DNA of 64,000 bases, taken from Acidobacteriota bacterium (GTDB lineage: Bacteria > Acidobacteriota > Vicinamibacteria > Vicinamibacterales > Fen-181). The stretch is from the NCBI GenBank assembly GCA_017883185.1, contig JADGOB010000002.1:10844-74843 (forward strand), given 5' to 3'. Position 1 is the stretch's first letter. Every line of letters begins with the position of its first letter. The position numbers and the translations under genes were made by a program. Shown here piece by piece: positions 10,106 to 18,204 of this stretch. The notes beneath the pieces are model-generated. The model was not told where the DNA came from, ran no database searches, and saw only the letters and a program-made list of their open reading frames with translations.

Positions 10106-10999
10106 TCATTTCAGCCCTGCCATCTCGAACAGCACCCGCGCGAGGCCCGAGTAGTCGTCGTCGCCGTGGCCCGACGCCACCATCGCCCCGACCAACTGCG
10201 CGACCACCGCGCTGACCGGGACGGGCACCTGGTGTGCGCGGGCCGTCTCCATCGCGATGCCCATGTCCTTGTTGTAGAGCCCCGCGCGAAACCCCGGCTT
10301 GAAGTTCCTGTTCAGGATCCGCTCGCCGTGCACCTCGAGCACCCGGCTGGCCGCAAAGCCGCCGAGCAGCGCCTGCCGCACCTTGGCGGGATCCACGCCC
10401 GCCTTGGTCGCCAGCGCCATCAACTCGCTGACCACGGCGAGCGCCCCGCCGATCGCCATCTGGTTGCACACCTTGCAGATCTGTCCGGCGCCCGACTCGC
10501 CGACGTGGATGACGCGCTCGGGATTGCCCATCACGTTCAACACGGGCCGCACGCGCTCGAGCGCGGCTGCGTCGCCCCCCACCATGATCGACAGCGTGCC
10601 CTGGATCGCCCCGATGTCGCCGCCGCTGACGGGCGCGTCCAGCAGCGTCGCCCCGCGCTCGGCCGCCTTCGCGGCCAGGCGACGCGTCACCACCGGCGAA
10701 ATGCTGCTCATGTCGATCAGCACGGTTCCCGCGCGCACGCCCTCGAAGACCCCGCCAGGGCCGGCGAGCACCAGTTCGACGTCCGGCGAATCGGGCACCA
10801 TCGTGATGACGACCGTCGCCTCGCGCGCGACGTCAGCGGGGCTCCCGGCCACCCGCGCCCCTGCCTGCGCAAGCGTCTCCACGGGGCCTCGGCTGCGGCT
10901 GTGCACCACCAGCGGAAAGCCTGCCTTCAGCAGGTTCAGCGCCATGGGTTTCCCCATCAGCCCGAGGCCGATGAACCCGACCGTCTCTCGTTCAGTCAT
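10106..10999 (-). CDS. 2-hydroxy-3-oxopropionate reductase / beta-hydroxyacid dehydrogenase (GarR/GlxR family)
   Basis: GFIGLGLMGKPMA, LDAPVSGG, GAGQICKVCNQ and FKPGF. Confidence 0.88.
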   Translation of the reverse strand: MTERETVGFIGLGLMGKPMALNLLKAGFPLVVHSRSRGPVETLAQAGARVAGSPADVAREATVVITMVPDSPDVELVLAGPGGVFEGVRAGTVLIDMSSISPVVTRRLAAKAAERGATLLDAPVSGGDIGAIQGTLSIMVGGDAAALERVRPVLNVMGNPERVIHVGESGAGQICKVCNQMAIGGALAVVSELMALATKAGVDPAKVRQALLGGFAASRVLEVHGERILNRNFKPGFRAGLYNKDMGIAMETARAHQVPVPVSAVVAQLVGAMVASGHGDDDYSGLARVLFEMAGLK

Positions 11000-11011
11000 C
11001 GCGTCGTTCTC

Positions 11012-11055
11012 CCATGTTTTTTCCCCGATGTCGAAGACTTCGCGCATCAGGGAGT
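11012..11055. repeat. Family B palindromic repeat, copy 2
   Basis: TTCCCCGATGTCGAAGACTTCGCGCATCAGGGAGT; contains the TGA stop of the upstream flavoprotein gene. Confidence 0.85.
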
Positions 11056-12342
11056 GAATGAGTGCGAGAGGCCGCGCGCCGCCACCCAGGCGCTCGACCA
11101 TGCCCACTGAAAATTGAACCCGCCAAGCCGCCCGTCTACATCGAGCATCTCGCCAACCAGGTACAGTCCCCGGCACGCCTTCGACTCCATGGTCCCCCGA
11201 TCGACCTCATCGAGCGTGACGCCGCCGGCCGTCGCCTCCGCGTAGTTGTAGCCGCGACTGCCCGTGATCGGCAAGTCCCATTTCAGGAGCGCGTGCGCCA
11301 GCGCTCGCCGATTGTCGCGGGAGAGGTGTGCCAGGCGTGTGCCTGGGTCGATGAGGGTCGCGGCAACGAGGGCCGCGGCAACGGCCGAGGGCAGCCAGGA
11401 CGAGAGCGCGCCGCGGAGCGTCGCCGACGGGCGGTCGGCCACCTCGTCGAGCCACCGGCGTTCGACGCCGGGAAAGTCGAGATCGGGCAGGAACGACAGG
11501 TGGGCCTTCACGGGGAGCCCCTGCACGACGGCGCGATGCCAGTGCCGGGAGGCATCGAGCGCGAGCGGCCCGCTCACGCCGAAGTGCGTCCAGAGCAGCG
11601 GGCCGCGAAGGTTCACCGGCCGTGCGCCCCCGGCCGCGAGCGTGAGCGCGGCGTCGTGGGACACGCCCGCCAGCGGTCGATGAAAGGCCCCCTCCAGGAC
11701 GAGCGGGGCCAGCGCCGGCGTCGTCGGCACGATTCGATGACCGAGCCCCGACGCGATGGCGAGGCCGCCCCCGTCGCTCCCGCTCTTCGGCAACGAGAGC
11801 CCCCCGGTGGCCAGCGCCACGCGGCGCGCGGTTTCCGCTCGTCCCCTCACGTTCAGCGTGAACAGCGACTCGTCGCTCGGCCGGACCACGTCCACGCGCT
11901 GCTCCACGCGCATCTCCACGCCGAGGCGCAGCGCTTCGGCCAGCAGCGCGTCGAGCACCGTCCGCGACCGGTTGCTCTCGGGAAACAGCTTGCCGCCATC
12001 CTCCTCGTGCAGCCGGACGCCGATCTCCTCGAAGAAGGCGGCGGCGTCGGTGGAGGAACACGCGCGCAGCACGCTGTCGATGAACCGGCGGTCGCCGCCC
12101 CAATAGTCGCTCGCTCGCACGTCCCGGTTGGTGACGTTGCACCGCCCTCCCCCGCTCACCAGGATCTTGGCGCCGAGGCGGCGGGCGCCATCGAACACGG
12201 CGAGACGCGCACCGGGCAAGCGCCGGGCGGTGAAGATCGCCGTCGCGAGGCCCGCGGCGCCGCCGCCGACGATGGCGACGTCGATCGTGCCTGGAGGAGA
12301 AGGAGATCGGTCGGGAGCCTGGAGCGGTTCGATGCCGGGCAC
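11047..12342 (-). CDS. HI0933/YhiN/BaiN family flavoprotein
   Basis: GGGAAG, KILVSGGGRCNVTN, LATGGLSLPKSGSDG, THFGVSGP and GRLGGFNFQWAWSS. Confidence 0.92.
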   Translation of the reverse strand: MPGIEPLQAPDRSPSPPGTIDVAIVGGGAAGLATAIFTARRLPGARLAVFDGARRLGAKILVSGGGRCNVTNRDVRASDYWGGDRRFIDSVLRACSSTDAAAFFEEIGVRLHEEDGGKLFPESNRSRTVLDALLAEALRLGVEMRVEQRVDVVRPSDESLFTLNVRGRAETARRVALATGGLSLPKSGSDGGGLAIASGLGHRIVPTTPALAPLVLEGAFHRPLAGVSHDAALTLAAGGARPVNLRGPLLWTHFGVSGPLALDASRHWHRAVVQGLPVKAHLSFLPDLDFPGVERRWLDEVADRPSATLRGALSSWLPSAVAAALVAATLIDPGTRLAHLSRDNRRALAHALLKWDLPITGSRGYNYAEATAGGVTLDEVDRGTMESKACRGLYLVGEMLDVDGRLGGFNFQWAWSSAWVAARGLSHSFTP

Positions 12343-12351
12343 ACGGCGATT

Positions 12352-13014
12352 CTATACGACCTGCTGGACGTGAGCGACGAGCCGTGTCGCGAGATCGACC
12401 GCGGCGACGGCGTCCTGGGCCCAGCCGTCGGCGCCGATGTCGTCCGCCCACTTCCGGGTCACCGGGGCGCCGCCAACCATGACCTTCACCTGCGCACGCA
12501 GGCCGGCCTTCGTCAGCGCGTCGATCACGTCCTTCTGTCCGTGCATGGTCGTGGTCAGCAGCGCAGAAAGGCCGACCAGGTTGGCGCCGGCCTCCTTCAC
12601 ACGCGCGACGAACGCGTCGGTCGGCACGTCCACGCCCAGGTCGTGGACCTCGAATCCGTTTGCCGCCAGCATCGTCGCCACCAGCGACTTCCCGATCTCG
12701 TGGATGTCACCGCGCACGGTGCCGATGACGACGGTTCCCGACGACGTGAGGTGCTGGCGCCGCGCCTTCAGCTCAGGCACGAGGATGGCCATCGCCTGCT
12801 TCATCCCGCTTGCCGAGACGATGAGGTTGGGCAGGAAGTACTCGCCGGTCGAGTACTTCTCGCCGACGATCCGCATGCCTGGAACCAGTCCGCCGTCGAT
12901 GATGGCGAGCGGCTCGATGCCGGCGGCGAGCGCCTGGCGGGTGCCGTCGACGGTGGCATCGGGGTCGCCGGCGACGAGGCTGGCTACGATCTGCGCGAGA
13001 AGTTCAGAGCACAT
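12352..13014 (-). CDS. Corrinoid (B12-binding) methyltransferase protein
   Basis: Cap domain, then GDIHEIG (DxHxxG), GLSALLTTT and VMVGGAPVT; lies directly downstream of the MttB-family gene. Confidence 0.92.
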   Translation of the reverse strand: MCSELLAQIVASLVAGDPDATVDGTRQALAAGIEPLAIIDGGLVPGMRIVGEKYSTGEYFLPNLIVSASGMKQAMAILVPELKARRQHLTSSGTVVIGTVRGDIHEIGKSLVATMLAANGFEVHDLGVDVPTDAFVARVKEAGANLVGLSALLTTTMHGQKDVIDALTKAGLRAQVKVMVGGAPVTRKWADDIGADGWAQDAVAAVDLATRLVAHVQQVV

Positions 13015-13077
13015 GTTCACTCCGGTCAGTACCGACAACGTTCGCGGGCCAGGCGGCCCGCGCCACAACAGCTCGGG

Positions 13078-14550
13078 CTACACACGTTCGAAGTCGGGCA
13101 GCGGCGGCAGCGCCGTCATTCCGAACTTCCGGGCCGCGCGAGTCGTGATCGCCCGCAGTTCGGCTCGGAGTTCCGGCGGAACCGGGCTGGGCTGATACGA
13201 CGCCACCAGGCTGCCGACGCGCTCGGCCGCGCGCTCGGCCGCCGTCGTCGCGCCCTTGCGGAGCCAACCGTCGGTGGTCGCCCGATCGATCACCGGCGAC
13301 GGCAGGTACAGCTCCTTGCGGAACCATTTCAGGGTGTGAGGCTCGGCCAGGTAGTCGGCGCGATGCCCGAGTTTCCGGAACAGGGACAGCGCGATCGGTT
13401 CGTCGCGCGGCTCGATCCCGCGCACCAGCCGCTTGGCCATGCCGATGATCTCGGCGTCGATCACCAGCTTCTCGAGGCTCTGGCAGCTCTCGAAATCCAT
13501 CATCCCGGCGCCCGAGATCATGTTGATGCCGGCCAGGGCGCCCAGCAGCGTGCCGCCGGCCGATTCCATTCCGCACTGCGCGTCGATGATCTTCGCGTCG
13601 CTCATGCCGAGGTACGCGTGCGTCGGCAGGCCGAGCCGCTTCCCGACCTGCGCGTAGGCGCAGTCAATCATCCACGTCGCGACATCGCCCATCGGCGTCG
13701 TCCCCTCGCGCATGTCGAAGGCCGCGGGCGACCCTCCCCACACCACCCTGGCGCCGGGACGCGCCAACTGCCCGATGACAATGCCGCTCAGGCACTCGGC
13801 CGTGTGCTGCACGACGGCCGCAGCCAGCGTCACCGGCGCGGTCGCGCCCGCAAGCGGCATCGAAACCAGTTCGGCGGGGATGCCGGCGCGCGCGCAGTCG
13901 ATCAGGTTCTGACAGGTGAGGTCGCTCCACAGCAGCGGCGGCGACGGGCAGACGTCGAACACCGCGATGGGCCGCGCGGCCAGCGCCGCCTCTCCGCCGG
14001 CCACGGCGACCAGCATCTCCTTCATCGTCCACCAGGTGTCCGTACGGAACGCGCCGGTGACGATCGGCTTGCGGATGTAGTTGAGCGCGAGATAGAGCCG
14101 GTAGAGGTCGCCAATCTCCGGCACGACGTCACCGCACACCATCGCGGTGCTCTGCGCGTCAATCTGCGGCAACTGCTCCACGAGCTTCACCAGGCGGACG
14201 AAGTCGGCCGTCAGCGGCACGCGCTGGCGGTTGGTCTCGGGGTCGAGGATGGACAGGGCGGCCGACCCGGGGTCGAAGTGCACCTCGTCGCCGCCATAGT
14301 GCACGGCGGGGCGGCCGTCGAGCGTGAACAGGTCGAACTCGTGCGCGGTCGTCTCGAGCGCCTGCCGGACGATCGTCTCGGGTATTCTGGCGATGAGCCG
14401 GACCGCGTCCACGTCCGCGCCCGCCTCGGCCAGCAACCGCCTGGCCTCCTCGTTGTGCACGCGCACGCCGGGATCCCGAAGCAGCGCCATCCCCTCGGCG
14501 ATGATCTGCTCGACCAGCGATTCGCTCAGCATCCTCAGTGTCGGTCGCAT
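13078..14550 (-). CDS. Trimethylamine methyltransferase (MttB) superfamily protein, non-pyrrolysine
   Basis: SPPLLWS, MPLAGATAPVTLAAAVVQHTAECLSG, GLPTHAYLGMSDAKIIDAQ and GINMISGAGM. Confidence 0.9.
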   Translation of the reverse strand: MRPTLRMLSESLVEQIIAEGMALLRDPGVRVHNEEARRLLAEAGADVDAVRLIARIPETIVRQALETTAHEFDLFTLDGRPAVHYGGDEVHFDPGSAALSILDPETNRQRVPLTADFVRLVKLVEQLPQIDAQSTAMVCGDVVPEIGDLYRLYLALNYIRKPIVTGAFRTDTWWTMKEMLVAVAGGEAALAARPIAVFDVCPSPPLLWSDLTCQNLIDCARAGIPAELVSMPLAGATAPVTLAAAVVQHTAECLSGIVIGQLARPGARVVWGGSPAAFDMREGTTPMGDVATWMIDCAYAQVGKRLGLPTHAYLGMSDAKIIDAQCGMESAGGTLLGALAGINMISGAGMMDFESCQSLEKLVIDAEIIGMAKRLVRGIEPRDEPIALSLFRKLGHRADYLAEPHTLKWFRKELYLPSPVIDRATTDGWLRKGATTAAERAAERVGSLVASYQPSPVPPELRAELRAITTRAARKFGMTALPPLPDFERV

Positions 14551-14696
14551 GTCACAGACCTCCTGACGGGCATTTGCCTCCCACGCTCCACGCGCACCCG
14601 AGGCGGGCGCCGCATTGTTCGCAGCTCATGGTCATCTGAACAGTCGGGAGATCGTAATCGCAAGAGGAGTGGCAGAGCAAGCACCTGGCCGCCCGT

Positions 14697-14720
14697 GCGC
14701 GGCCGGTCAACCGGCCGCGC
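14697..14720. other. Perfect 10-bp GC hairpin in divergent intergenic region
   Basis: GCGCGGCCGG-TCAA-CCGGCCGCGC. Confidence 0.6.
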
Positions 14721-14721
14721 C

Positions 14722-14791
14722 TAAGACAGATTCCAGGGACCCCACAGAAACGTGCTTCATTCGTGACGATCTCAGCCCTGGAATATGTCTA
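14722..14791 (-). repeat. Family A hairpin repeat
   Basis: The reverse complement TAGACATATTCCAGGGCTGAGATCGTCACGAATGAAGCACGTTTCTGTGGGGTCCCTGGAATCTGTCTTA differs from the 41683 copy at about 4 positions. Confidence 0.9.
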
Positions 14792-14808
14792 TGTCGTAGA
14801 CTGGGAGG

Positions 14809-16830
14809 ATGCGACGTATCAAGTCGAAGCAAGACCGGACGGTGGAGACGGCCTGCCCGCTCGACTGTCCAGACTCCTGCAGTCTCTCCGTCACGATCGG
14901 CGACGGCCGGGTCACGAATCTTGACGGTTCGCACCGGAATCCGGTGACCGACGGGTACATCTGCGCGAAGGTGCGGCGGTTCGGCGAACGGGTGGAGAGC
15001 CCGCTGCGAATCCTGCACCCGGCCATGCGGATCGGGCCGAAGGGCAACGCGGCGTTCTCGCGCACCACGTGGGACGAAGCGATTGACCTGGTGGCCAGCC
15101 GGATGCGAGAGGCGCGCGACACGTGGGGCGGCGAGTCGATCCTGCCGTTCTCGTACGGCGGGTCCAACGGGCTGGTGACGCAGGATACGATCGATGCGCG
15201 CCTGTTCCGGCGGCTCGGCGCCTCACGCCTCGCCCGCACGGTCTGCGCGGCGCCAACGAGCGCGGCGGCACAGGCGCTCTACGGCACGATGCCGTCGGTG
15301 ACCTACCACGACTACCCGCACGCCAAGTTGATCGTGATATGGGGCGCCAACCCTTCGGTGAGCGGCATTCACCTAGTCCCCTTCATCCAGGAGGCACGAA
15401 AGCAGGGCGCGAAGCTGGTGGTCGTGGATCCGCGCGTCACCCCCCTGGCGCGGCAAGCGGACCTTCACGTGCCGATTGCGCCGGGCAGCGATCTCGCCGT
15501 CGCCCTCGCGCTGCATCGACACCTGTTCGAGACCGGCGCGGCGGACCAGGCGTTCCTCGCCGCCCACACCCGCGGCGCCGATCGCCTTCGGGAGCGGGCG
15601 GCCGAATGGACGTTCGAACGGGCGGCGTCGGTTGCCGGAGTGCAGCCCGCAATGATCGGGGAGTTTGCCGAACTCTACGCCTCGATCACGCCCGCGCTCG
15701 TGCGATGCGGCTGGGGCCTGGAACGCAATCGGAACGGCGGCAGCGCGGCCGCTGCGATCCTGGCGCTGCCCGCGGTGGCCGGCAAGTTCGGCGTCCGCGG
15801 CGGCGGCTTCGCGATGAGCAACTCCGCCTCGTGGTCGATCAATCGGACGTGGATCGGCGAGGACGAGCCGGCCACTCGCATCGTGAATATGAACCACCTG
15901 GGCCGGATACTGACCGAAGAAGTGACGCCGCCGGTGAAGGTGCTGTTCGTCTACAACTGCAATCCTGTGGCCACCGTCCCTCACCAGAACCTGATCATCA
16001 AGGGCCTCGAGAGGCAGGACCTCTTCACGGTCGTGTTCGACCAGGTGATGACCGACACCGCGGCGTTTGCGGACGTGGTGCTCCCGGCTACGACGTTCCT
16101 CGAGGCCTACGACCTGGCGCGGGCATACGGCCCCATCAGCCTGCAGATGGTGCAGCCCGTGGTGGATGCGGCCGGCGAGTCGCAGTCGAATCCCGAGGTC
16201 TTCGGGCAACTCCTGACGGCGCTCGGCCTCGATGACGACACCGGGACGCAGGGCGAACTCGGCACGCTGATCCAGGTCCTCGACCAGTTGCCAGGCACCA
16301 TCGGAGACGACCTGAGAAACGGGCGATCTCCTGCGCCGGCCTTCGGGCTGACACCCGTGCAGTTCGTGGACGTGTTCCCCCGCACACCGGATGAGAAGGT
16401 GGACCTCCTCCCGGAAGCGCTCGAACGCGAGTCGCGCGTCGGACTCTATCGATACCTGCCCGATCCCGCCACCGCCCGCTATCCGCTCGCGCTGATTTCC
16501 CCGTCGAGCGATCGGACGATCAGCTCGACGCTGGGCGAGCTGCCGCGGCCCGAGATTGCGCTGGTCATGCACCCGCTGGATTCGCACGCCCGGGGACTGG
16601 AGGAGGGCGCGAGCGTCAGGATCTTCAACGACCTGGGTGAAGTGCGGTGCACGCTGTCGATCGAACCAACCGTCCGGCCCGGCACCGTGGTGCTGCCAAA
16701 GGGGCTGTGGCGGTCGAGCACCATCAACCACTCCACCGCGACGGCGCTCGCGCCGGATGCCCTGTCCGACATCGGCGCGGGCGCCTGCTTCAACGACTCA
16801 CGCGTGCAGGTGGAACGGATCGTCAGCTGA
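14809..16830 (+). CDS. Molybdopterin-dependent oxidoreductase (YoaE-like DMSO reductase family member)
   Basis: N-terminal TACPLDCPDSC...YICAK Fe-S motif, TDTAAFADVVLPATTFLE and a C-terminal molybdopterin dinucleotide-binding domain. Confidence 0.88.
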   Translation: MRRIKSKQDRTVETACPLDCPDSCSLSVTIGDGRVTNLDGSHRNPVTDGYICAKVRRFGERVESPLRILHPAMRIGPKGNAAFSRTTWDEAIDLVASRMREARDTWGGESILPFSYGGSNGLVTQDTIDARLFRRLGASRLARTVCAAPTSAAAQALYGTMPSVTYHDYPHAKLIVIWGANPSVSGIHLVPFIQEARKQGAKLVVVDPRVTPLARQADLHVPIAPGSDLAVALALHRHLFETGAADQAFLAAHTRGADRLRERAAEWTFERAASVAGVQPAMIGEFAELYASITPALVRCGWGLERNRNGGSAAAAILALPAVAGKFGVRGGGFAMSNSASWSINRTWIGEDEPATRIVNMNHLGRILTEEVTPPVKVLFVYNCNPVATVPHQNLIIKGLERQDLFTVVFDQVMTDTAAFADVVLPATTFLEAYDLARAYGPISLQMVQPVVDAAGESQSNPEVFGQLLTALGLDDDTGTQGELGTLIQVLDQLPGTIGDDLRNGRSPAPAFGLTPVQFVDVFPRTPDEKVDLLPEALERESRVGLYRYLPDPATARYPLALISPSSDRTISSTLGELPRPEIALVMHPLDSHARGLEEGASVRIFNDLGEVRCTLSIEPTVRPGTVVLPKGLWRSSTINHSTATALAPDALSDIGAGACFNDSRVQVERIVS

Positions 16831-16883
16831 CGCGCCCGTTCCCGTGGGAGCCTTGCTGGTCAACGCCGGCGCTAGTCGAAAAC

Positions 16884-17144
16884 CTATTCCCATTCGCCGG
16901 TGGACCCGGGCCCGGTAATCGCGCCGCCCGCTTCGGGCACCCCCCTCGGCTCCGACAACCGTCCGCGCCCGCCGCGGCTCACCTGGCCGCCCTTGCGGCC
17001 GGCGGTCCGGGCTTCATCGGAGGTCCATTCATGGGCCGTGCCCTTGTTGTGCGCGGCACGCCCGCCCTTGCTGGCAATTTCCCGCTGTTTCTCCGCAGAC
17101 ATCGACGCGAATCCGCGTCGTTCCTTGCGTCGTGTTTCGTTCAC
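16884..17144 (-). CDS. KGG-repeat general stress protein (YciG/Con-10-like)
   Basis: RGFASMSAEKQREIASKGGRAAH...ARTAGRKGG; AGGAGG precedes GTG 17144. Confidence 0.85.
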   Translation of the reverse strand: MNETRRKERRGFASMSAEKQREIASKGGRAAHNKGTAHEWTSDEARTAGRKGGQVSRGGRGRLSEPRGVPEAGGAITGPGSTGEWE

Positions 17145-17237
17145 GGCCTTCCTCCTCGGCACAGAGCCGATGACTCGGCTGACTTCGAATGGAATCCGGG
17201 GCCCTCGTCAGACAATGGCCCTTTCGGACCGATGAGT

Positions 17238-17253
17238 ATCAAATCGCATGCCA
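17238..17253 (-). promoter_or_regulatory. Candidate sigma54 (-24/-12) promoter of the KGG gene
   Basis: TGGCATGCGATTTGAT against consensus TGGCACG-N4-TTGCW; the -12 C is replaced by A. Confidence 0.45.
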
Positions 17254-17384
17254 CTATCCCAGCCATTCTCGGCGACCACGAACATGCTTGAAAATAGGCT
17301 AATTTTCGCCCATTCCTCCGCCGCGAGACGAAATCAGGCCTCAGGAACCGTGTAGCGGATCACGACAGCCGGGGTAAGCTCTGC

Positions 17385-17419
17385 GGACAGCTGTCCACCT
17401 GCACTCGGACAGTCTGTCC
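17385..17419. promoter_or_regulatory. Pair of palindromes, candidate activator-binding sites
   Basis: GGACAGCTGTCC (17385-17396) and GGACAGTCTGTCC (17407-17419); starts are 22 bp apart. Confidence 0.5.
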
Positions 17420-17421
17420 TG

Positions 17422-17480
17422 AACATCCTCTCCAGGGCTGAGGTCGTCACGGTCGAAGCCGGTGTCTGCGGGGCCCCTGG
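17422..17480 (+). repeat. Degenerate family A repeat
   Basis: ACATCCTCTCCAGGGCTGAGGTCGTCACGGTCGAAGCCGGTGTCTGCGGGGCCCCTGG aligns with the core of the other copies. Confidence 0.65.
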
Positions 17481-17524
17481 CAAAGCTTCGCCCGTGGTCC
17501 ATCGCACAGGTACGGGCACCGCGT

Positions 17525-17749
17525 TCATGGGCGACGGGAGTGGTGTGGCCTGAAGACGTCGCAGCCGGTGCAGTTTCGGATGTCGAAATCGTAGCCGACG
17601 ATGGGAAACATCATCGGGTGGGCGCAATACAGGAGCTGACCATCCTCGATCGTCTGCACGGTGAGGATGGCAGGGAATTGCGGCGTCCGTCGGCCGTACC
17701 AGCAGGCACGGTGGCGAGTCTCCGGTTCGCCGTCGTCAGGCTCGGTCAC
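17525..17749 (-). CDS. Small Cys-containing hypothetical protein (74 aa)
   Basis: Four Cys including CTGC; TGTTATCAT box 6 nt before the GTG; fills the intergenic gap without overlapping real genes. Confidence 0.55.
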   Translation of the reverse strand: MTEPDDGEPETRHRACWYGRRTPQFPAILTVQTIEDGQLLYCAHPMMFPIVGYDFDIRNCTGCDVFRPHHSRRP

Positions 17750-17781
17750 ACCGGCATGATAACATTAGCAGATTCGGAGGC

Positions 17782-18105
17782 ATGAGCATGGCATCGTCGA
17801 ACGACGCCTCTTCGGGCGGCACCAGCGAGCGGATGGTTCAGTGCGTGAAATTCGGGCGCGAGTTGCCCGGGCTGAACGAGCAGCCCTGGCCGGGAGAGCT
17901 CGGCCAGCGGATCTACGAGCACGTCTCGGCACGAGCCTGGAAACTGTGGGAAGACCGGATGAGGATGCTTCTGAACGAGTACCGCCTGATGCCCTGGCAG
18001 AAGGAGGCGCAGGACATGGTGGCTCGCGCGATGGAGGAGTTCTTCTTCGGCGAAGGCGCGGCGCTCCCGCCCGGGTACGTGGCGCCGCAGGGGCACGAGC
18101 ACTGA
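17782..18105 (+). CDS. yggX: Fe(II) trafficking / oxidative damage protection protein YggX
   Basis: RMVQCVKFGRELPGL, PWPGELGQRIYEHVSARAW, LLNEYRL and PPGYVAP. Confidence 0.9.
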   Translation: MSMASSNDASSGGTSERMVQCVKFGRELPGLNEQPWPGELGQRIYEHVSARAWKLWEDRMRMLLNEYRLMPWQKEAQDMVARAMEEFFFGEGAALPPGYVAPQGHEH

Positions 18106-18108
18106 AGA

Positions 18109-18188
18109 GAGAATTCAGAATTCAGAATTCAGAAGAGAGCATTCAAGAGAAGACGGCAGGGGGGCGACGGATGCGTGGGCCCCCTGCC
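18109..18188. terminator. CAGAATT heptamers followed by a GC hairpin between convergent genes
   Basis: (CAGAATT)-type units at 18109-18136; GGCAGGGGG...CCCCCTGCC stem at 18155-18188. Confidence 0.5.
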
Positions 18189-18204
18189 ACTCGCCGGGAT
18201 CTTG

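Noticed and set aside
13078-14550. Pyrrolysine or selenocysteine recoding
   Set aside because: No in-frame TAG or TGA interrupts MttB or any other recognised gene; the Pyl position is ATG.
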